Assembly (NCBI GenBank): GCA_963761335.1
Contig: CAVXGR010000004.1
Location: 1-64,000 of the forward strand
Direction: 5' to 3'
DNA length: 64,000 nucleotides
Origin: an uncultured delta proteobacterium
Lineage (GTDB): Bacteria > Desulfobacterota > Binatia > HRBIN30 > BPIQ01
Positions 1-8,026 of the stretch are shown here, piece by piece (within the stretch, counting starts at the first letter, position 1; every line of letters begins with the position of its first letter). Position numbers and translations under genes: made by a program. Below the pieces are notes generated by a model that saw only the letters and a program-made list of their open reading frames with translations, had not been told where the DNA came from and did not search any database.

Positions 1-33
1 AATCAGCTGCTCTACCGACTGAGCTACGCCAGC
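1..33 (-). tRNA. 5' half of a tRNA (probably tRNA-Thr), truncated by window edge
   Basis: Reverse complement reads GCTGGCG-TA-GCTC-AGTCGGTA-GAGC-A-GCTGA-TT: acceptor stem 5' strand, D-arm and anticodon stem 5' strand. The anticodon lies outside the window; Thr is inferred from the GCTGA-TT stem pattern. Confidence 0.8.
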
Positions 34-428
34 CCTTGTTTGCTTGCGGCGCTGGCGGGAGTCCCGGCGCCGTGAGCGCTACATAGCGGAAGAGGGCGGA
101 CTGGTCCAGTGTGTCGGGGCCTGCGTGTCGGGCGCTTGCGAGCTGTGCGGGGGTGGCCGGAAGCTCGCGCCTGGGAACAGGGCGGCGCAACTTGCTTCGC
201 TCAGCTGCTTGCCGGTTCCAACGGGGAGGCGGCCAGAGTGGCCGTCTCCCCGTCGTCGTTTGCCAGGCGCGAGTGCTCGTCCGGCCACAGGGCTCCGGGT
301 CTAGTACTTCCCCTGCCGCGGCGCCGGCGTGACGATTTTCGGGGACGCGGGAGCCGGTCCGTTGGGCGAGCGGCGGAGAGTCTTCGGACCGGCATCAAGG
401 GGCGGCGCGCCGCCAACCTCTCGGGGAT

Positions 429-788
429 CTACTTCTTCTGCATCTGCAGCCAGCTGACGAGGGCGTTGAGCTCGTCTTCGCTGGTGATTTTCTTGGGGTG
501 CTTCTTGCCGTCGATCTGGGTCTTCTGCATCAGAAAGTCTTTCATCTCCGACTGGTTGTCCGCCTTCACCACGCCCGCGAGATCCGGGCCGCGCATCTTC
601 TCGGCCTTGATCGTGGCCTCGATCTGGGCGCTGGAGACGGAGTGGCACATGTTGCACTTCTGATCCATGAAGACCTTCTTGCCGTCCGCCTGCTCGGCGA
701 AGACCGCGGTGGAGAACAGCATTGCAGCCGCGGCGGCAGCGATCGTGAAGCGGGACAGATTCCTCAGACTGACGACTCTCACCTTCAT
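429..788 (-). CDS. periplasmic monoheme cytochrome c
   Basis: Signal peptide (…STAVFA), CNMCH heme motif, GPDL motif; AGGAGG RBS before the ATG at 788. Confidence 0.88.
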   Translation of the reverse strand: MKVRVVSLRNLSRFTIAAAAAAMLFSTAVFAEQADGKKVFMDQKCNMCHSVSSAQIEATIKAEKMRGPDLAGVVKADNQSEMKDFLMQKTQIDGKKHPKKITSEDELNALVSWLQMQKK

Positions 789-1058
789 GTCAACCTCCTT
801 CGGGCTCGGTGCTAGTGCAAACGCGATGAGCCGCACCCGGTTGCGCCGTCTCGTCGCGCCTGCGTTCTCCGTCGCCTGCACGGCCCCTCATTGAATCAGG
901 AAAACAACCTCCAAGCTAGATGGGTTGCCGCCACCGCGCGCCCCAGCTCAGCGGTCCGCTTCCGCACGCGCTCTTCCCCCTCCACCCTGGCCTTCTCCCG
1001 TCCGGGAGAAGAGCCCCCAACCTCCGAGCAGATACGAATGAGCGCCGCCTGGCGGCAT

Positions 1059-1088
1059 AGGGAGATTTACCCTAGGGAGAATCCCCCT
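1059..1088. promoter_or_regulatory. tandem palindromic operator-like site in a divergent promoter region
   Basis: AGGGAGATTTACCCT followed directly by AGGGAGAATCCCCCT (two AGGG-N7-CCCT units), just before TTGATT/TTGACG -35-like hexamers. Confidence 0.45.
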
Positions 1089-1109
1089 CTTGATTTCAAT
1101 TGACGATGT

Positions 1110-1370
1110 GAGGGACGGTAAGCCGTCGGTAGAACGCAGTGAGACTGCAGGCATACGGAAGGTGAGCAGTTGCGAACGCATGGATTAGCGAGGCTCTTCT
1201 TCAGAGGTGGCAGGTCGCCTCCGAATCCGATTGACAGACTGGAAGGCGTGCGCCGAGGCCAGCTCGCACCGTGCGAGTCGCTGGCCGCGAGCGGTTCCCT
1301 GTTGGCGACCAGCGCATGGCAAACCCGGCCGGATTCACCCAGGAGTTAGAAGACAATTTCTTTTGGCGAA
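1110..1370 (+). ncRNA. putative structured 5' leader / cis-regulatory RNA
   Basis: Several clean hairpins in a non-coding stretch: GACGG-TAAG-CCGTC, GCAG-TGAGA-CTGC, CTCT-TCTTC-AGAG inside GGATT…AATCC, and GGCCAGC-TCGCAC…GTGCGA-GTC-GCTGGCC. Confidence 0.3.
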
Positions 1371-1384
1371 AAGGGGGGCATCTC

Positions 1385-3226
1385 ATGATTCGACGAATTA
1401 CAATCGTGTCGGTGGCCGCACTGGCGTGCTTGGCGCTCGGAACGCAAGTGATGGCGGCCTCGGCGACGGACATCGCCACCTGCAAGGCGAAGGGAATCCA
1501 GAAGAACGTCAACAAGGCCATCAACGGATTCTACAAGAACATCATCAAGTGCGAGCAGAGCGTCGCCAAGGGCAAGCTTCCGGGATCGACGGATTGCCTC
1601 GGCGACGCCATCAAGGAGAAGGACGGGACGGTCACGACCACCTACAACGGCAAGGTGTTCAAGGAAGTCGATAAGCTGCTCAAGAAGATCACCAAGGCCT
1701 GCTCCGGCGCCGACAAGACGGCGAACACCGCGGATGACGTCGGCCTCGACGACCTCGAGGGCGACCTGACCAACGGCCTGCAGGTGCGGCCCTGGGGCGC
1801 CGCTCTGGGACTGACCGAGCGCGCCACCGTCAAGTACGAGCAGAAGACCAAGGGCGGCGTCATCGTCGGCCCGTATCTGGCGCAGATGCAGAACACCATG
1901 ACCGAGGACTGCATGACTCTCGAAGAGCCCTCCGTGTGGGCCGCTCTGCCGAGAATCGTTCGCCTCGCCGACACCTTCCTCTGCCTGGCGCAGAGCGAGG
2001 CCATCGCGCAGGTTCTGAAGGAGGACTGGTTCAGCGCCAGCGCCAAGGGCAACGGCCGCATCTCGGTGGCCTCCTTCGACTTCGTGGCGCCTCCGGGCGA
2101 GTGGGACGCCGGCGCCGACCTGACACCAGCGCCTTCTGGCGATGGCGTCAACGATGCGCTCAACATTCCGATCTCGAGCGGCTGTCCGCTGCCCGGCATC
2201 GGCGCCTGTGCCGCCGATCCGAACATCACTTGCAACATCGCCCCCGGATCGGGGGCGGACCCGTTCAGCGGCGACTGCCCGCCGTCCGGTGGTGCCTGCG
2301 GGCCGCCGGGCGACACCTGCTGCGTCGAGGCGCTGACCGGTCCAGACGGGATCACCGTTGCCGACATCCCCACCAGCCCGACGCGGGTGCAGGACGGCAA
2401 GCTGCTCGTCGAGGTGGGCGACTTCGATGAGGACGGCCTCAACGACGCGGAGCTGAAGTGCTACGTGCAGCTCAGCGATCCCAACGTCACCACCGACCCG
2501 AGCGGCACCTGCTCGGGAGGGCCGAGCAACGGTTCTGCATGCGCGAACGCCGGCGACTGCGATACACAGAGCCCGTCGCGCTACTCCTGCCAGAACGGCG
2601 ACGAGTACCACTGCCAGGTGAACGGCTACGTGGGCTCCAACGCCGACAACGTGCCGCCGTGTGCCTCGCCCTGCCTCGCAGCTCTGATCGGCGGTCCGCC
2701 GAAGGCTGGCTGCGGGGTCGGCGGCGGCGCCCTGTGCGTCGTCGCCACCTGTCTCGGCGGCGACCGCGACGGCCAGCTGTGCGACATCACCGGGGTCACC
2801 GGCTGCCCCAGCGGCTTCTGCAACGGTGTGGGTGGCCCGCTGGCTCTGACCGGCGACGAGACGGGCTTCTTCGCCCCCGCCTTCGGCGGCGAGGCCTACC
2901 TAACCTGCCCATTCGAGTTCGTCCTCTCGCAGACGGTGGAGATGGCGAACGGCGCCGGCTGGTCGGTGTCGGAGATCACCGATGAGCCGATCAGCGCCTG
3001 CCTGCCCGCGAACACCAGCGTCTTCGCCACCGGCGGCTACATCCACGAGCCGGGTCCTACGACGGACACGGCGCTGCTGGGCATCCACACTTCCGGGGCG
3101 ACGGCAAGCGGTGACAAGAAGGCTTGCCCGGGTATCTCCTTCCCGCTGCCGGGAGGCAACACCGGTCTGCCCACCAGCGTTGGTGTGGGGCAGATCATCG
3201 GTGTCACCGGTGTGTCGACACACTGA
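1385..3226 (+). CDS. secreted cysteine-rich protein (surface/S-layer-like candidate)
   Basis: Signal peptide MIRRITIVSVAALACLALGTQVMA; Lys-rich helical N-domain with paired Cys; repeated Cys/Gly modules (CSGGPSNGSACANAGDC, CLGGDRDGQLCD…CPSGFC); strong GC3 codon bias; followed by a terminator. Confidence 0.8.
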   Translation: MIRRITIVSVAALACLALGTQVMAASATDIATCKAKGIQKNVNKAINGFYKNIIKCEQSVAKGKLPGSTDCLGDAIKEKDGTVTTTYNGKVFKEVDKLLKKITKACSGADKTANTADDVGLDDLEGDLTNGLQVRPWGAALGLTERATVKYEQKTKGGVIVGPYLAQMQNTMTEDCMTLEEPSVWAALPRIVRLADTFLCLAQSEAIAQVLKEDWFSASAKGNGRISVASFDFVAPPGEWDAGADLTPAPSGDGVNDALNIPISSGCPLPGIGACAADPNITCNIAPGSGADPFSGDCPPSGGACGPPGDTCCVEALTGPDGITVADIPTSPTRVQDGKLLVEVGDFDEDGLNDAELKCYVQLSDPNVTTDPSGTCSGGPSNGSACANAGDCDTQSPSRYSCQNGDEYHCQVNGYVGSNADNVPPCASPCLAALIGGPPKAGCGVGGGALCVVATCLGGDRDGQLCDITGVTGCPSGFCNGVGGPLALTGDETGFFAPAFGGEAYLTCPFEFVLSQTVEMANGAGWSVSEITDEPISACLPANTSVFATGGYIHEPGPTTDTALLGIHTSGATASGDKKACPGISFPLPGGNTGLPTSVGVGQIIGVTGVSTH

Positions 3227-3280
3227 GCGTCTCTGCGGAGGGCGGCTGCGCCGGCCGCCTTTCGGCGGAAGCAAAACTCG

Positions 3281-3312
3281 AAGGGGCGGCCTGGGGCCGC
3301 CCCTTTCCTTTT
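3281..3312 (+). terminator. rho-independent terminator
   Basis: AAGGGGCGGCC-TGG-GGCCGCCCCTT hairpin followed by TCCTTTT. Confidence 0.75.
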
Positions 3313-3328
3313 GCCCGACGGTGCGGGC

Positions 3329-3708
3329 GGGGACAGTTCGGCAGCAGTCTGCGGCTCACTTCAAAGCACTGTTGAAAAGGACGCGTCCTGCTTCGAAAAT
3401 CTGCGCTTGGGTGATCTGGCGGGCGCCACCGGCGCTGGGGTGCTTATCGCCCCGGATCGGGGCGCGGGGAGTAGATCAAGGTGAGGGGATCCTGTCTCCT
3501 GAAAGCTGGTGAATCTCCACGCCCTCGCAGGGAGGTGCGGCATCGACGAAAACCTGACCCGCGCCCGGCAGTGACGCGTACGACGGAACGCGCACCCCGA
3601 AGCGCACACCCACCGCCTTTTCGGGGCGACCTTCGCCGGGCGGCAGTCTCGGCGGTTCTACATTCATCGATCTGCTGGTGAGCCGCAAGGCTCAGGATGC
3701 CTGTCCCC
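3329..3708 (+). mobile_element. degenerate nested element: GGGGACAG…CTG|TCCCC host with inserted CTTCGAAAATCTG-type unit (3391-3703)
   Basis: Left end CTG-CTTCGAAAATCTG and right end CATTCATCGATCTGCTGGTGAGCCGCAAGGCTCAGGATGC-CTG-TCCCC match the units at 40596-41845 and 54813-55165. Confidence 0.65.
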
Positions 3709-3716
3709 CTTGCTTC

Positions 3717-4223
3717 TTACTTCTCTTTGATCCGGCGCAGCAGACGGCGGCGCACGGCCTGCGCGTCGGCGAGCGGCGGGCGGCGGTGGGCCGCAACCTC
3801 GGCGGCGGTGAACGGCGCCGGCCCGGGCCCCGCGGGCTGGTCGCCAAAATGGCGCAACAGCCAGTTCAGCAGCGCCGCGGTGCGGGCGTCGCTGAGCTCC
3901 GACTCGGATACCCCGGGAACGCGTACCAGATACTCTCTGCCGCCCGGCACGGCGAGAAATTGGGCAAGGCCGTGAAGCGACGGCGCTGCTCCGGGGAGGC
4001 CCTCGCCGTCGGGACGGTGGCAACCGCGGCAGTTGAGCACGTAGTCCGTGGCCGGGTCGGCGAACGCGGGAGAGGCGAGGAGACAGGTGAGGGTGGCGAG
4101 GATGAGCGCGGCCGTGCCCGCGCCCCTGACGGGGCGCGCCCTGATGCGCCGCGCAATATTCCCCGGGTTGCACCCGGGGCTATGCGCCCGCGCCCCTCCG
4201 GGGCGAGAACGTCCAAAATCCAC
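3717..4223 (-). CDS. cytochrome c linked to the amine dehydrogenase operon (start uncertain)
   Basis: Hydrophobic signal …LLASPAFA, then DYVLNCRGCH heme motif and GGREYLVRVPG; nearest in-frame GTG is at 4223, upstream of an embedded repeat. Confidence 0.78.
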   Translation of the reverse strand: MDFGRSRPGGARAHSPGCNPGNIARRIRARPVRGAGTAALILATLTCLLASPAFADPATDYVLNCRGCHRPDGEGLPGAAPSLHGLAQFLAVPGGREYLVRVPGVSESELSDARTAALLNWLLRHFGDQPAGPGPAPFTAAEVAAHRRPPLADAQAVRRRLLRRIKEK

Positions 4224-4278
4224 AATAAAGGAACGAGGGGGCGTTTGGCAGTCTCGCTCCTCCACGGATCCTGATCGG

Positions 4279-4809
4279 TCACTCGTCAATGGCGCCGAGG
4301 ACGATGGCGGTGGAGCAGTTGTAGACGACGCTGGTCGTCCCATAGCACCAGTTGATGTCGTTGCTGCGCGCCGGGTAGTAGATCGGCTTGTCTCCCTCGT
4401 TGCGATGGCAATAGCAGAGACCGCAGATGTGCTTCCCGCAGCAATCGTTGTACGAGATGATGTAGCTCTTGCCGTCGGCGGGGTTGCGACAGGTGCCGAT
4501 CCAGGTGACCGGCGACTGCTCGGTTCCCGGCGGGCAGGCGTGCTGGCTGCCGCCGCAGCAGCCGCAGAGGAAGCCGTCGATGGCGCAGTGGCGCCAGTAC
4601 TCGCAGTTGCCCGGGTCGCCCTCAGGGCTGGAGACGTCCGGTTCGCCGGGGACCGGCGGGCGCGGCGCCGCGGCGCGTGCCACCGGCAGCAGTGGCAACG
4701 CCGCCGCACCCAGCAGCAGAGTCGAGAGCCGGGCGAGAAAGCTGCGGCGCGAGGTGCGCCGCGCCACGGCGCGCGTCATTCCGGTGACCCAGCGGTCGAT
4801 CGCGCTCAT
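4279..4809 (-). CDS. mauA: TTQ amine dehydrogenase light (beta) chain
   Basis: Tat signal SRRSFL; CEYWRHCAIDGFLCGCCGG, TWIGTC, YNDCCGK and NDINWC carry the two TTQ-forming Trp and the disulfide Cys pattern. Confidence 0.93.
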   Translation of the reverse strand: MSAIDRWVTGMTRAVARRTSRRSFLARLSTLLLGAAALPLLPVARAAAPRPPVPGEPDVSSPEGDPGNCEYWRHCAIDGFLCGCCGGSQHACPPGTEQSPVTWIGTCRNPADGKSYIISYNDCCGKHICGLCYCHRNEGDKPIYYPARSNDINWCYGTTSVVYNCSTAIVLGAIDE

Positions 4810-4812
4810 GAT

Positions 4813-5418
4813 CTATGCCACCTCGCGCGGGCGGCGCAGATAGTCCTGCACCGAGCCGACGCCGCGCTCCATCGCCTCGAACAGGCTCTCGACGTGCTCG
4901 CGGGTGTTCACCAGACCCTGGGCCCGCAGGATGCCGGCGGCGTCGATCAGCGCCGCATGGGGCAGCTTGCCGACCCGATAGGCGAGGCCGAGCTGGGTGG
5001 AGAGAACGTAGGGGCGCTCTTCGAGTCGGTGCCCCCGGACGAACTCCTCGTGCTCGCTGCGCGGCCCGTCGCTGGCGAGCAGGAGCCGCAGCCGCGGGCG
5101 CTCGCGGCGTTCCACGGATTCGAGAATCGGAATCAGGGTGGCGCACACCGGGCAGCTCGGCGCGACGAACACGAGAAGGGTGCTGCGCCCGGCGGCATCG
5201 GCGGCGCCGATCATCAGCGGTGCACCGCTCCAGTCGTTCAGCTCGAAACGCGGCGCCGGCTCGCCGAGGCGCGGTCCACCGCTTCCCATCAGGGCGCCGG
5301 CGGGGGCGACGCGCTCGTGGAGGACGCCGATCTGACGGGCGAGTGCCGCGACCACGGCGCACAGCACCACGACCACTACCCAGAGGACGAGATTGGATAT
5401 CAGCAGAGCCTCGAGCAT
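4813..5418 (-). CDS. mauD: amine dehydrogenase accessory thioredoxin-like protein
   Basis: N-terminal TM, ARQIGVLHERVAPAGAL motif, CPVC, GLVNTREHVESLFEA. Confidence 0.92.
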   Translation of the reverse strand: MLEALLISNLVLWVVVVVLCAVVAALARQIGVLHERVAPAGALMGSGGPRLGEPAPRFELNDWSGAPLMIGAADAAGRSTLLVFVAPSCPVCATLIPILESVERRERPRLRLLLASDGPRSEHEEFVRGHRLEERPYVLSTQLGLAYRVGKLPHAALIDAAGILRAQGLVNTREHVESLFEAMERGVGSVQDYLRRPREVA

Positions 5419-5454
5419 TGCCTGCCGGATGCGTATCACCGCGGCGGCGGAGTG

Positions 5455-6003
5455 TCACGGGGTAGTGGCTCGGTGGCTCGGTGGTTCGATGGCTGCGGGT
5501 AGGGCCTCGGCGGCGGCGTAGAGGAAGGCGAGGGCGGTTACGGCAGCGGCGACGGTTGCGGCGTCGAGCCAGCCGAGAGAGCGGGGGGCCGGGGGCGGGG
5601 CACTCAGCAGCGCGGCGGCAGCCAGCGCGAGATTCCGGGCGACCAAGCCGCCGCTGAGCCGGCGGCGGGCGGCGGCGCCGGCGCAGCCACAGTCGATGTG
5701 GCGCCTGCCGCGCGCCAGGTTCGCGGCGACGGCGGCGGCATACGTTCCGAGGATCGCTGCGGCGCACAGCGACGGACCGGCGCCCGAGCCCGGCAGTAAC
5801 AGTGTCGCGGCTGTGCCCAGCTCGGCGGCGATCAAGAGCCCCGCCGCCGGGGCCACGGCTCCGGCCGGCAGCAGGCGGTAGTCGGCCAGGGCGCGGCGGA
5901 ACGCCGCCCGATCCCGCAGCTTGTGGGCGGCGGCCCAGAGAAAGAGGACGGCCAGGGCGCCGCGCAGCACGGTGCGCGGCACGGGATCGAGAGGTGGAAT
6001 CAC
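5455..6003 (-). CDS. mauE: amine dehydrogenase membrane accessory protein (MauE/DoxX)
   Basis: TM helices, AAHKL, IDCGC motif, ARNL; GTG start overlaps the mauB stop (GTGA). Confidence 0.88.
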   Translation of the reverse strand: MIPPLDPVPRTVLRGALAVLFLWAAAHKLRDRAAFRRALADYRLLPAGAVAPAAGLLIAAELGTAATLLLPGSGAGPSLCAAAILGTYAAAVAANLARGRRHIDCGCAGAAARRRLSGGLVARNLALAAAALLSAPPPAPRSLGWLDAATVAAAVTALAFLYAAAEALPAAIEPPSHRATTP

Positions 6004-7286
6004 TGCGTTTCCCGATCTCCCCACGGCGCCAGCAGAATGTCGCTCGTCCAGCCCGTGGGCTGCACGCGGCGCAGGAAGCGACCGGTGACGCCGTCGTAGA
6101 GACCCAGCGAGCCACTGAACTGCGAGGCGGTGAGCAGCAGCGGCGCCTCTCCCTGGGTGACCTGGATGGCCGAGACCTGCGCCGGGGCAAAGGTGTTGAT
6201 CAGCCAGTCCGAGAGCCGATTGAAGGGCCACATCCAATTGCGCCCGGGCTCCACCGGAAAGCCGTAGATCGTCAGACCTGGATTGACCAGGGAGACGCGC
6301 GCCAGCCGGCGGTGCGAGGCGATGTCGAAGATCCACACCTCCTCGCCGGGCTCCTTGTGGGTGTCGGGGCCGCCGCGGTGCATGAGCGTGTAGAGACGGC
6401 CGCTCTTCTGGTGGACGGCGCTGTGCTGCAGTCCGCCGATGCGCCACTTCGCGGCGCGGTCGGTCTCGCTGACCAGCGGCCAGGCTTCACCGAAGCGGAT
6501 CTCCGCGGCGGACACATCGAGCGGATGAACCACGCCGTCGAAGGAGACGAAAAGCCACTGATCGCGCCAGCGGACCGCTTTCTCGGTCACCGGATCGGTC
6601 TGCGGGTCGAAAAAGGGTGCAGTGCGCGCCCGGCCCGCCTCGTGTCCTGCCTCGTCCAGACGGATCGCCAGCGCCGCCCCGTCGCCGCAGAGTGAGAGAA
6701 ATCGGCGCGGCCCGGCGGCGTAGACCAGGCTGCATCCGGGGATGGTGATCTCGCCACTGAAGGTGCGCCGCTCGAGGTCGACGATGCTGAGAGAGGTGCC
6801 GGTGGTCCAGTTGAAGACGGCGGCGAAGCGGTCGTCGTCGGAGAGCGCCGCGTGGCCGATGGCCACGGCGTTGGTGGCGCGCTTCGGCGGCAGCCGCACC
6901 TCGGCCTTGAAGGACAGGGTTGGCAGGTCGTAGATCTCGAGCACGTCGGTGCGCTCGCCGCGCGAGCGGCGCGAGTAGTACGTCGACGGGATGTAGATCT
7001 CCGGACGACGCGAGGAGAAGAGCGGCATGATGGTGCCGTAGCCGCCGTTGATCATGCCGAGGAAGCGGCCGCTGTCGAGATCGATGAGAGCGGCGCGCTC
7101 GAGCACCAGGTCGGTCACCCAGGCCCAGTGCGCGTGCGGCGGCTGCGGCAGCGTCTCCACCTGTCCCACCGCCTCGGGCTGCACGTCAGCCGCGGCCGGC
7201 AGGCCGAGGGCGAGGACAACTGCGAGGGCAGCACAGGCGAGCCGGCGCCCTGGTGCGGCGATCACTGTGGAGCAGATCCGAGGCAT
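6000..7286 (-). CDS. mauB: TTQ amine dehydrogenase heavy (alpha) chain, beta-propeller
   Basis: Signal peptide; STYYSRRSRGERTDV, IPGCSLVY…FLSLCGDG, LYTLMH…HKEPGEEVW; GGAG RBS before ATG 7286. Confidence 0.9.
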   Translation of the reverse strand: MPRICSTVIAAPGRRLACAALAVVLALGLPAAADVQPEAVGQVETLPQPPHAHWAWVTDLVLERAALIDLDSGRFLGMINGGYGTIMPLFSSRRPEIYIPSTYYSRRSRGERTDVLEIYDLPTLSFKAEVRLPPKRATNAVAIGHAALSDDDRFAAVFNWTTGTSLSIVDLERRTFSGEITIPGCSLVYAAGPRRFLSLCGDGAALAIRLDEAGHEAGRARTAPFFDPQTDPVTEKAVRWRDQWLFVSFDGVVHPLDVSAAEIRFGEAWPLVSETDRAAKWRIGGLQHSAVHQKSGRLYTLMHRGGPDTHKEPGEEVWIFDIASHRRLARVSLVNPGLTIYGFPVEPGRNWMWPFNRLSDWLINTFAPAQVSAIQVTQGEAPLLLTASQFSGSLGLYDGVTGRFLRRVQPTGWTSDILLAPWGDRETQ

Positions 7287-7382
7287 GTCTCCAGGCTGTT
7301 GGCCGTTAACACGCGCGCCTTGCGCTCTGCAAGGGAGAACCCCGCGGTTGACCGGGATCGCGGAGCGGGTAGAGGATGGCGC

Positions 7383-8018
7383 ATGGAGCGCTTTCGAGAT
7401 CGTCGCAGTGCCGGGCGCTTTCTGGCGAAACGCCTGGGCGCTTACGCCGACCGCGACGACGTGATCGTCCTGGCGCTGCCGCGCGGCGGCGTGCCGGTGG
7501 GGTACGAGGTCGCCAAGGCGCTGCACGTGGCGCTCGACGTCTTCCTGGTGCGCAAGCTGGGTGTGCCCGGTCACGAGGAGCTGGCCATGGGTGCCATCGC
7601 CATGGGCGGTGTGCGCGTGATCAACGACGACGTCGTCGACATGCTGATGATCTCCCCGGGAGCCATCAACGCCGTCGCCGAGCGCGAGCAGCGCGAGCTC
7701 GAGCGGCGCGAGCAGCAGTACCGCGCCGGCCGGCCGCGGCTCGAGGTGCGCGGGCGGACCGTCATCATCGTCGACGACGGGCTGGCCACGGGCTCGACGA
7801 TGCGCGCCGCGGCGGCGGCGCTGCGGCAGAGCGGACCGGCGCGCATCGTCGTTGCCGTCCCGGTGGCGGCGTGGGATACCTGCCGCGAGCTCGAGGCCGA
7901 GGTCGACGAGGTCGTCTGTGGCCTGACGCCTGCGGACTTCCGCGCCGTCGGTCTCTGGTACGAGGAGTTCTCGCAGACGACCGACGATGAGGTGGGCGCG
8001 CTTCTGGCGGAGGAATAG
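7383..8018 (+). CDS. phosphoribosyltransferase family protein
   Basis: FRDRRSAGR, LALPRGGVPV, VRKLGVPGHEELAMGA, IIVDDGLATGSTM PRPP-binding motif. Confidence 0.9.
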   Translation: MERFRDRRSAGRFLAKRLGAYADRDDVIVLALPRGGVPVGYEVAKALHVALDVFLVRKLGVPGHEELAMGAIAMGGVRVINDDVVDMLMISPGAINAVAEREQRELERREQQYRAGRPRLEVRGRTVIIVDDGLATGSTMRAAAAALRQSGPARIVVAVPVAAWDTCRELEAEVDEVVCGLTPADFRAVGLWYEEFSQTTDDEVGALLAEE

Positions 8019-8026
8019 GGGAGGAC

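Noticed and set aside
815..835. Sigma-54 promoter for the cytochrome c gene
   Set aside because: GG and TTGC are not at the required GG-N10-GC spacing.
1090..1103. FNR/CRP box (TTGATTTCAA)
   Set aside because: Spacing does not match TTGAT-N4-ATCAA.
1..3700. tRNA-anchored genomic island
   Set aside because: The window lies on the tRNA's 5' side, and I see no integrase, att duplication or compositional shift.
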